Positions 60,704-64,000 of a DNA stretch of 64,000 bases are shown here, piece after piece (the stretch's first letter is position 1; every line of letters starts with the position of its first letter). The stretch covers positions 1,178,001 to 1,242,000 of the forward strand of contig OX597814.1 of NCBI GenBank assembly GCA_951406725.2, read 5' to 3'. The translations under genes were made by a program, and so were the position numbers. The stretch is from Octopus vulgaris (taxonomy: Eukaryota). The notes under the pieces are model-generated. The model was not told the DNA's origin and did not search any database. It saw only the letters and a program-made list of their open reading frames with translations.

Positions 60704-61583
60704 GATATGCTTGTTTCAGTTTACGTCTACCAAATCCACTCACAAGGCTTTGGTCAGCCTGAGGCTATAGTAGAAGACACTTGCCCAAGGTGCCATGCAG
60801 TGGGACTGAACCCAAAAACATGTGGTTAGGAAGCAAGCTACTTACCACACAGCCACTCATGCGCCTCTTTATGTATATGTGATCTCAATCATTTGTTCAT
60901 TTCATCATTTAATGTCTGTTTCTCTCTATTCCAACATTGGCTCAGATGGAAATAGTTTAAGACAGAATTCTAACCTCCAGATGCACTTCCTGTTGTCAAA
61001 AATATATTATTATTATATACTCTTTTACTTGTTTCAGTCATTCGACTGCGGCCATGCTGGAGCACCGCCTTTAGTCGAGCAAATCGACCCCGGGACTTAT
61101 TCTTTGTAAGCCTAGTACTTATTCTATCGGTGTCTTTTGCCGAACCGCTAAGTGACGGGGACGTAAACACACCAGCATCGGTTGTCAAGCAATGCTAGGG
61201 GGACAAACACACACACAAATATGACAGGCTTCTTTCAGTTTCCGCCTACCAAATCCACTCACAAGTCATTGGTCGTCCCGGGGCTATAGCAGAAGACACT
61301 TGCCCAAGATGTCATGCAGTGGGACTGAACCCGGAACCATGTGGTTGGTTAGCAAGCTACTTACCACACAGCCACCCCTGCGCCTATCTATTTTATTTTT
61401 TAATATCATTATCCCTAATGCGTTGCTGTTATTAAATTTTGATGTCTTTTCTCTCTCTCTTCCAGTTTGACATTTACTCACGATTCTCAACATCTGTGCG
61501 TGTCGGCTTCAGATGGAACAATAACCTTCTGGGCAAACCAGGCATCAAAGCCAAGAACTCCACGTCTGATTCTCTTTCTCTGA
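920..61583 (+). CDS. LYST: Lysosomal trafficking regulator (LYST/CHS1 ortholog), 5'-partial spliced gene span; 38 exons in window, about 1918 aa
   Basis: Manual splicing gives one open frame with phase-compatible GT-AG introns. LYST-type motifs: [101 protein letters not shown] at 61581-61583. Confidence 0.93.
1441..1610 (+). mobile_element. Probable RTE-type LINE 5' UTR fragment
   Basis: ccttgttgtg...gagagccatgc...ggtaggggtcgcccatgctggac resembles RTE/Bov-B 5' regions (from memory). Confidence 0.4.
1866..2262 (+). mobile_element. tRNA-derived SINE family 1 (CORE-like body, internal TA/TG microsatellite). Other copies at about 6152-6568+, 12303-12455+, 23597-23705+, 35487-35765-, 37533-37920+, 37967-38315-, 40603-40965-, 54063-54293+, 60595-60865-, 61020-61385-
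   Basis: A box tggctgtgtggt, B-box-like ggttca.tccc, conserved ccttgggcaagtgtc body, many dispersed copies. Confidence 0.85.
2886..3167 (+). CDS. LYST: LYST exon 2
   Basis: tgtag|GTG...TATCAG|gtgag; VLLDAA...LLLRWRIW...FLMYQ; phase 0/0. Confidence 0.9.
3321..3627 (-). mobile_element. Non-autonomous Helitron
   Basis: On - strand: A|TCTTTATATATAAA at the 5' end; CCCGAGCAACGCTGGG hairpin then CTAG|T at the 3' end; no TSD. Confidence 0.8.
4494..4692 (+). CDS. LYST: LYST exon 3
   Basis: ccacag|GAA...TGGG|gtaag; ELVREHEP...[21 protein letters not shown]; phase 0/1. Confidence 0.9.
5047..5293 (+). mobile_element. Family A tRNA-headed hammerhead element, degraded copy
   Basis: tRNA-like head, (AAT)n, CTGATGA at 5211 and GAAAC at 5239; begins with cagttctata, a remnant of the inverted arm. 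Confidence 0.75.
6770..6960. repeat. Degenerate 21-bp minisatellite
   Basis: Units resembling tgtggtaccactgcagtattg with 21-nt period. Confidence 0.65.
6970..7200 (+). mobile_element. tRNA-derived SINE family 2. Other copies at about 7511-7921+, 8641-9120+, 12545-12675-, 29870-30225-, 30420-30680+, 33098-33330-, 37300-37510-, 43110-43545+, 50098-50816-
   Basis: Head gagctggcagaa.cgttag, B box gagttcaaattcc, conserved gcctttcatcctttcggggtcgataaattaagtaccag body. Confidence 0.85.
7367..7480 (+). CDS. LYST: LYST exon 4
   Basis: tctcag|GT...AAAG|gtaag; [13 protein letters not shown]...; phase 1/1. Confidence 0.8.
8096..8561. mobile_element. Tandem pair of about 220-bp piggyBac-like TTAA MITEs
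   Basis: CCCTT...AAGGG-like ends bounded by TTAA; two units separated by attaatcatttg. Confidence 0.75.
9210..9731 (+). CDS. LYST: LYST exon 5 (Ser/Asp-rich low-complexity region)
   Basis: ttccag|GC...GCTG|gtatg; LFRTVSF...DDDDDDDD...EKGLVVLCA; phase 1/1. Confidence 0.88.
11290..11657 (-). mobile_element. tRNA-derived SINE family 3
   Basis: - strand head ggcgcaatggcccagtggttaagg...ggtttcgattccc; a head fragment recurs at about 55735-55760. Confidence 0.75.
12104..12246 (+). CDS. LYST: LYST exon 6
   Basis: ttccag|GT...ATTCGG|gtaag; LLELMCS...[18 protein letters not shown]; phase 1/0. Confidence 0.9.
12847..13081. mobile_element. TTAA MITE, diverged and in opposite orientation to 8096-8561
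   Basis: ttaacccttt...aaagggttaa ends; interior is the reverse complement of the 8096 family. Confidence 0.65.
13209..13378 (+). CDS. LYST: LYST exon 7
   Basis: ctgcag|CTC...GAAGG|gtaag; LLDIYLQRC...[15 protein letters not shown]; phase 0/2. Confidence 0.9.
13540..13912. mobile_element. Foldback element or MITE with about 145-bp imperfect inverted arms
   Basis: ggaatgaccaccaaa...atatgaaataaaa is mirrored by ttttatttcgtatat...tttggtggtcattcc. Confidence 0.7.
14039..15307 (+). mobile_element. Internally deleted Helitron, about 1.27 kb, in a (TA)n tract
   Basis: A|TCTCTATATATAAA start; cccgggcaacgc...CTAG|T end; short ORF start MPPKKRR at 15156. Confidence 0.75.
15448..16553 (-). mobile_element. 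Family C Penelope/retrozyme-like element: about 557-bp unit, partial direct copy and inverted segment; two hammerhead motifs
   Basis: Near-identical direct repeat (starts 15448 and 16005), inverted arm 16381-16553, (TA)n flanks. Confidence 0.75.
15735..15787 (-). ncRNA. Minimal type I hammerhead ribozyme motif (second copy 16293-16345)
   Basis: - strand: TGAG-CTGATGA-[stem II]-GAAA-CGTACG-TT^CTCA; stem I TGAG/CTCA; palindromic stem III. Confidence 0.7.
16643..16772 (+). CDS. LYST: LYST exon 8
   Basis: ttccag|C...CATCAG|gtaag; FDFSQL...LIILHQ; phase 2/0. Confidence 0.87.
16919..17478 (-). mobile_element. Family B Penelope/retrozyme-like tandem plus inverted element, inserted in an RTE 3' fragment. 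Relatives at 31674-31909 and 48879-48965
   Basis: Direct repeat (starts 16919 and 17254), inverted arm 17375-17478, gttggatg on both flanks. Confidence 0.7.
17113..17157 (-). ncRNA. Minimal type I hammerhead ribozyme motif
   Basis: - strand: TCTATG-CTGATGA-A-GGG-AAATAA-CCC-A-GAAA-TTGCAA-TA^TACAGA. Confidence 0.65.
18619..18719 (+). CDS. LYST: LYST exon 9
   Basis: ttgcag|ATG...AACAG|gtaag; [23 protein letters not shown]; phase 0/2. Confidence 0.87.
19494..19958. mobile_element. Second tandem pair of TTAA MITEs
   Basis: TTAA|CCCTTT...AAAGGG|TTAA twice, with the same spacer as 8096-8561. Confidence 0.8.
20035..20109 (+). CDS. LYST: LYST exon 10
   Basis: ccacag|A...TTTAG|gtaat; [24 protein letters not shown]; phase 2/2. 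Confidence 0.82.
20634..20719 (+). CDS. LYST: LYST exon 11
   Basis: tttcag|C...TATG|gtaag; [22 protein letters not shown]; phase 2/1. Confidence 0.85.
20973..21185. mobile_element. Second TTAA MITE family. Other copies at about 20200-20400 and 49944-50897 (interrupted by SINEs)
   Basis: ttaa.cc.ttagcatt...aatgctaaa.ggttaa inverted ends. Confidence 0.65.
21303..21434 (+). CDS. LYST: LYST exon 12
   Basis: ttacag|GT...AACA|gtaag; [14 protein letters not shown]...; phase 1/1. Confidence 0.82.
22372..22632. repeat. 30-bp GC-rich minisatellite, purine-rich on +
   Basis: Unit gccacatagatgggaggagccagggggaag, about 8-9 copies. Confidence 0.9.
23226..23447 (+). CDS. LYST: LYST exon 13
   Basis: tttcaag|AT...GGGG|gtaag (AAG acceptor); EQQQSLK...[20 protein letters not shown]; phase 1/1. 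Confidence 0.82.
24928..25064 (+). CDS. LYST: LYST exon 14
   Basis: atctag|AT...ATACAG|gtcag; [11 protein letters not shown]...[13 protein letters not shown]; phase 1/0. Confidence 0.78.
25110..25712. repeat. Same 30-bp minisatellite in reverse orientation, about 20 units
   Basis: Unit cttccccctggctcctcccatctatgtggc. Confidence 0.9.
26005..26079 (+). CDS. LYST: LYST exon 15
   Basis: ttctag|GAA...AAACAA|gtaag; [25 protein letters not shown]; phase 0/0. Confidence 0.82.
27012..27143 (+). CDS. LYST: LYST exon 16
   Basis: ttttag|ACA...CCTTGG|gtgag; [12 protein letters not shown]...; phase 0/0. Confidence 0.85.
27165..27460. repeat. Polypyrimidine (CCT/CTT) tract
   Basis: About 300 bp almost purely C/T, built from cttcctcctcttccctctctt units. 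Confidence 0.9.
28307..28483 (+). CDS. LYST: LYST exon 17
   Basis: ctacag|GTC...GAGCAG|gtacg; [12 protein letters not shown]...KLEQ; phase 0/0. Confidence 0.82.
29464..29540 (+). CDS. LYST: LYST exon 18
   Basis: ttgaag|GAA...AGCAG|gtata; [20 protein letters not shown]; phase 0/2. Confidence 0.82.
30827..31393 (-). mobile_element. Internally deleted mariner (DD34D) element
   Basis: TA-flanked TIRs ttgggttgtctggaaagtt / aactttccggacaacacaa; ORF 30900-31211 with [18 protein letters not shown]. Confidence 0.9.
31464..31655 (+). CDS. LYST: LYST exon 19
   Basis: gttcag|G...GAGAA|gtgag; ...[10 protein letters not shown]...[13 protein letters not shown]; phase 2/2. Confidence 0.92.
31921..32280 (+). 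mobile_element. Family A tRNA-headed hammerhead foldback element (best-preserved copy)
   Basis: Deleted inverted arm 31921-32008; head from 32011 with A/B boxes; (AAT)n; hammerhead; TSD atagatctgat at 31910 and 32281. Confidence 0.8.
32185..32230 (+). ncRNA. Minimal type I hammerhead ribozyme motif. Related copies at 5206-5248, 44317-44362, 46707-46752, 56769-56814
   Basis: GACAC-CTGATGA-A-GGCTGGT-loop-ATCAGCC-GAAA-CG-TT^GTGTT; stem I GACAC/GTGTT; loopless palindromic stem III ACGT. Confidence 0.72.
32780..32925 (+). CDS. LYST: LYST exon 20 (WQLDPTEGP motif)
   Basis: tctcag|G...TTAA|gtaag; [31 protein letters not shown]; phase 2/1. Confidence 0.94.
33390..34012 (+). mobile_element. RTE-clade LINE 3' end (ORF C-terminus, 3'UTR, (TGA)n tail). 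Roughly 25 truncated copies in the window, e.g. 3956-4370+, 18190-18467+, 21475-21950-, 28560-28980-, 44930-45315+, 46263-46632-, 47590-47975-, 48180-48752+, 55085-55720+, 58885-59260-
   Basis: Frameshifted [27 protein letters not shown] remnant, followed by the shared ...aacccatgccagcatggaaaacggacgttaaatgatgatga tail. Confidence 0.8.
34208..34313 (+). CDS. LYST: LYST exon 21
   Basis: tttcag|CG...ATCCA|gtaag; [15 protein letters not shown]; phase 1/2. Confidence 0.9.
34897..35065. mobile_element. Tc1/mariner-type MITE
   Basis: ggctcaaaagtaggtttacagtt / aactgtaaccctacttttgggcc inverted ends in TA context. Confidence 0.6.
35845..35906 (+). CDS. LYST: LYST exon 22 (PH domain start)
   Basis: cttag|G...ATAG|gtaaa; [20 protein letters not shown]; phase 2/1. 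Confidence 0.9.
37177..37235 (+). CDS. LYST: LYST exon 23
   Basis: tttcag|GT...ACTCAG|gtaag; ERNVYFVAD...; phase 1/0. Confidence 0.88.
38863..39015 (+). CDS. LYST: LYST exon 24 (BEACH-associated PH domain)
   Basis: tgacag|GTG...ACAGAG|gtaag; [24 protein letters not shown]; phase 0/0. Confidence 0.94.
40992..41236 (+). CDS. LYST: LYST exon 25 (BEACH start)
   Basis: ttgcag|GAA...TACAG|gtaag; [28 protein letters not shown]; phase 0/2. Confidence 0.95.
41387..41936 (-). mobile_element. Possible solo LTR
   Basis: TGTAAC...GCTACA ends; - strand TATAAAA at about 41694 and AATAAA at 41433; no clear TSD. Confidence 0.4.
42055..42700 (-). mobile_element. R4/Dong-like LINE 3' fragment (CCHC knuckle plus restriction-like endonuclease), frameshifted
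   Basis: [18 protein letters not shown]; [21 protein letters not shown]...IIDIACP; [10 protein letters not shown]; TAA-type tail. Confidence 0.85.
42713..43106 (-). mobile_element. Non-autonomous Helitron, same termini as 3321-3627 with a different interior
   Basis: - strand A|TCTCTCTCTATATAAA ... CCCGAGCAACACTGGG ... CTAG|T. Confidence 0.8.
43823..43889 (+). CDS. LYST: LYST exon 26 (BEACH)
   Basis: ttccag|A...TATCAG|gtaaa; [22 protein letters not shown]; phase 2/0. Confidence 0.93.
43939..44409. mobile_element. Family A element as a head-to-head palindrome
   Basis: Inverted copy 43939-44140 and forward copy 44151-44409; TSD aagattctt at 43930 and 44410. Confidence 0.82.
44510..44860 (-). 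mobile_element. Unclassified SINE/LINE 3' portion with (AAT)n tail
   Basis: - strand ends ...gtgtcactttgatggtatgcactgctctctcactc(aat)n; family not securely identified. Confidence 0.45.
45466..45625 (+). CDS. LYST: LYST exon 27 (BEACH)
   Basis: tttcag|TAC...CAAG|gtaag; [25 protein letters not shown]; phase 0/1. Confidence 0.95.
46160..46800 (+). mobile_element. Family A element interrupted by an RTE 3' fragment (about 46263-46632)
   Basis: Inverted head accactacgccatatgccc/gggcatatggcatagtggt; body resumes after the insert; CTGATGA at 46712. Confidence 0.78.
47264..47404 (+). CDS. LYST: LYST exon 28 (BEACH)
   Basis: ttacag|AT...GAAG|gtagg; FDLPDRTFH...[11 protein letters not shown]; phase 1/1. 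Confidence 0.95.
49277..49494 (+). CDS. LYST: LYST exon 29 (BEACH)
   Basis: taatag|GA...CCAGCT|gtgag; [26 protein letters not shown]...INVFHPA; phase 1/0. Confidence 0.95.
49646..49831 (+). CDS. LYST: LYST exon 30 (BEACH end)
   Basis: caacag|ACA...ACAACG|gtaag; TYFG...[12 protein letters not shown]; phase 0/0. Confidence 0.93.
51408..51790 (+). mobile_element. Family D Penelope-like foldback element with hammerhead motif at 51536-51594
   Basis: 77-bp inverted repeats 51408-51484 / 51663-51740; ATTCCA-CTGACGA-GGC...GTC-A-GAAA-TCC-A-GGA-TC^TAGAAT. Confidence 0.68.
51843..52238. mobile_element. Family E palindromic Penelope-like element with hammerhead variants at 51907-51941(+) and 52144-52178(-)
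   Basis: About 190-bp inverted arms around (TA)n; GTTT-CCGACGA-A-GAGC-TCT-GCTC-GAAA-CG-TT^AAAC. Confidence 0.72.
52354..52549 (+). CDS. LYST: LYST exon 31
   Basis: ttgcag|ATC...CGAG|gtaat; [13 protein letters not shown]; phase 0/1. Confidence 0.93.
54532..54668 (+). CDS. LYST: LYST exon 32
   Basis: ttacag|GT...GATCAG|gtcag; [19 protein letters not shown]; phase 1/0. Confidence 0.92.
54947..55045 (+). CDS. LYST: LYST exon 33 (WD40)
   Basis: tttcag|ACC...GCAAAG|gtaag; [25 protein letters not shown]; phase 0/0. Confidence 0.92.
56014..56156 (+). CDS. LYST: LYST exon 34 (WD40)
   Basis: ggtcag|AAA...AATCG|gtaag; LYGHTCPIT...[14 protein letters not shown]; phase 0/2. Confidence 0.94.
56187..56886 (+). 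mobile_element. Family A element with nested R4/Dong fragment
   Basis: Head 56187-56265, insert, body resumes at about 56705; complete 3' end cctcatcttttaaatatagaactgta. Confidence 0.8.
56305..56705 (+). mobile_element. R4/Dong-like LINE 3' fragment (RLE domain)
   Basis: [19 protein letters not shown]...[11 protein letters not shown]...VVPIIV.ALG; 3'UTR matches the reverse complement of 42075-42150. Confidence 0.85.
57508..57605 (+). CDS. LYST: LYST exon 35 (WD40)
   Basis: ccacag|G...GCTG|gtaaa; [10 protein letters not shown]...SETLGDIVT; phase 2/1. Confidence 0.93.
57881..58034 (+). CDS. LYST: LYST exon 36 (WD40)
   Basis: cttcag|GT...GTTCG|gtaag; LHTVNAQ...[17 protein letters not shown]; phase 1/2. 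Confidence 0.93.
58057..58545 (-). mobile_element. Second RTE-clade LINE 3' fragment, frameshifted
   Basis: [10 protein letters not shown]...IKRLESF.H.CL.RIL; GGQQKTW..TVKADL; NR.AW. Confidence 0.75.
59944..60018 (+). CDS. LYST: LYST exon 37
   Basis: ttgtag|A...TTGAG|gtgag; [13 protein letters not shown]; phase 2/2. Confidence 0.92.
61466..61583 (+). CDS. LYST: LYST terminal coding exon 38
   Basis: ttccag|T TTG ACA TTT; [22 protein letters not shown]...LILFL then TGA. Confidence 0.9.
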
Positions 61584-62596
61584 ATCAAAAGTCCTGCCCA
61601 CTCCTACCAACAACAACAGCAAAAACATAAATTAAAAAAAAAAAACAAACAGATAAAGTACTAAAACCAAAATTTTGTAATTATTATCACGAAAAAAGAA
61701 AAAAGACTTATTTCACAATTACTGTTGCTCCACTGACCCACCAGGTCCCTGTAAATAGAAAAAAAAACACCCAGCCCTCCCCCAACCCTTTCAACTATGG
61801 TTTCTATAACCAAATTCTATGCACATACTACCTTGTTATTATGGTTACCATTTATTTTTTTTCCCCCCAAATTTGGTTCGTTTCTCTTGGAAATTCTCAT
61901 CACTACTCGTTGTCGTAAGGACAGCAAACGTTAGTGAAGGACATGTCTACCTTAGACATTATGTTTTTGCATCATTATGTAATTTATTCAAACATTTATT
62001 ATTTATTCATTTCTATCTTCTTCCTCTTCTCCCTCTGTACATGAATGTATGTACCGTATTCGATGGCATAGAAGACACACACACACCAATTTCAGCAGTG
62101 AAAATTCAGGACAAAAAAAAAAGAAAAAAAAAAAAACTAGAAATTTTTAGGGCATTAAAGCTTATGAGAGGCCCGACCTCACATACAGGACCAGAGATGA
62201 TTTTGTTTTGAGACTTATTTTTGGAGGAAAAAAAAAAGTGTGTATTATATACCATCAAATATGATATGTATCCTTCCTCACTCTTTTGGAAAAAAGTGAA
62301 AATTCTGAGAAATTTTAGGGTGTTTAAGTCTGTTTTTTTTTCCCCTTTTTTACAGGATGGCACCAGCCATTATGTGACACATCAGCACGTGTCATTACTA
62401 ATCTACTTTAAAAACTATTCCCACTGGGTGAAACTGTCTTGGAATTCAATAGTAGGGCTGTGGGGGCCATTTCTGTTGTTTGGTAAAAAACTATGGCAAA
62501 TCTTGTAAAATAGAACCAAGTTCTTTATGAGTCAACATAAAAACAGTTTCAACAACTGAATTGCAATTTTAAGATGGTTAACGCCTACAGTTCAAA

Positions 62597-63014
62597 AATA
62601 AAGGCATTAATGACATGAATTCCACACCCTTCCCTACTTCATCTCCACCCCTTTTTGTAAAGATGACAGGATTTGGGCCTTGTATAAGCGACGATAATTT
62701 TATAATCCAAGACTGGTCTCACCTATTTGTAGATATTCACCTAGTTTGCATTGGCAACATAGATTGTCTCCCCTTCTTCAGTCTTTGGCACAATTCAGTT
62801 CTTGAACTTCTACATACACACGCACACATGAGAGAAAAATGTATATCTGTGCATATGAGTGTATGTGTGTATATATATATATAGATATATGCATACATAT
62901 ACAATTTATATTTTAAAAAAAGATTTTGACTAACTTCCAAGTTCTACTGAACAAGCATAACGAACAGTCTGTCAGTGGAACTTCAAAGTCACTGTCAACT
63001 CTTTTTAAAATAAA
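62597..63014 (+). terminator. Candidate LYST polyadenylation signals (AATAAA at 62597 and 63009)
   Basis: AATAAA hexamers 1-1.4 kb past the stop codon, in a repeat-poor putative 3'UTR; the site actually used is unknown. Confidence 0.3.
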
Positions 63015-63212
63015 TAAATATTTGATTCAATGAATTTTATATTTTTTTTAGAATATAATACATCACCATTATTATAATCAATGTGCATTGTGTGTGCATT
63101 TATATAATTTCATATGCATATATACATATATATAGGTAGAAATGACTAATTGTCCCTCTTAGCGTGTGGCATGTATGTATAATGCCCTCTGGCATGTATG
63201 TATAATGCCCTC

Positions 63213-63268
<56 letters not shown>

Positions 63269-64000
63269 GCAGTATCAACAAGACTGTTGGATGTTGTTAG
63301 ACATCACTGGTCACAATGCACTTCGCATTGTTTTAGCTATCAAATGATAACACCCATGTGTCATTTGAAAGCTAAATTATATGTCTATATGTATATACGT
63401 AATTATATATATAAAATATGAATTAGAGATAAAACCACTATTATGCAACTCAAACAGTGATAGACATAAACCAATACATAAATAACAAATAATATATATA
63501 TAACTAGATCTCAAAAAGTATAAAAATGAATGATAAATATATAATATAATAAGTAAAAACACTACGTACGTTTCATGGCTACAATTAAATTCAAATTACA
63601 ATTAAGTTTAAATTCAATTGAAATAAATTCGAATTAAAATTATACTGTGAAATTTGATTTAATACTAAATTGAATTTTTCCCTGTAAGTTTGGAGTTATA
63701 CTCCCTAATATTATTATATATATATATGTATATATAATTATATATATTTGCACACCCACCACATACTGAGTACAATAACTGTGATGTGTTACATTCTAAA
63801 AACTACAAAAATTCATTAACATACATATATATATATACACACACACATGGACGTGTTTATATATATATATATATAAACAGATGTGTTTGTACAAACGTTA
63901 ATATTTTTCTCTCCTCTTTAATTAAACTTAAAAAGTAAAATAAATTATATTTTAAAGATTGCTTATATTTCTTACGATAAAAAGTTTATTCTATCTTCTC

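Noticed and set aside
61439-61630. ORF-track frame as the last exon
   Set aside because: The upstream exon ends in phase 2, selecting the WD40-like frame LTFTHDSQ... that stops at 61583.
63420-63720. - strand GAAACGTACGTA, resembling half a hammerhead
   Set aside because: No CTGANGA partner found at a workable distance.

Overview
Eukaryotic, AT-rich, repeat-dense DNA whose SINE/LINE repertoire resembles octopus as I recall it (not database-checked). The + strand carries the last 38 coding exons (920..61583) of a LYST/CHS1-type BEACH gene. Hand-splicing gives all GT-AG introns, consistent phases and 5757 nt (1918 aa plus stop), covering the helical region, WQLDPTEGP motif, PH, BEACH and WD40 domains. 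The 5' part of the gene lies upstream of the window. Exon numbers below are window-local. Introns are filled with tRNA-derived SINEs, RTE LINE 3' ends, R4/Dong LINE fragments, non-autonomous Helitrons, a deleted mariner, TTAA MITEs and mini/microsatellites. The most notable observation is at least six unrelated small tandem or foldback elements carrying minimal type I hammerhead ribozyme motifs of the Penelope/retrozyme kind. One family has a tRNA-like Pol III head, occurs five times and integrates as head-to-head palindromes with target-site duplications.
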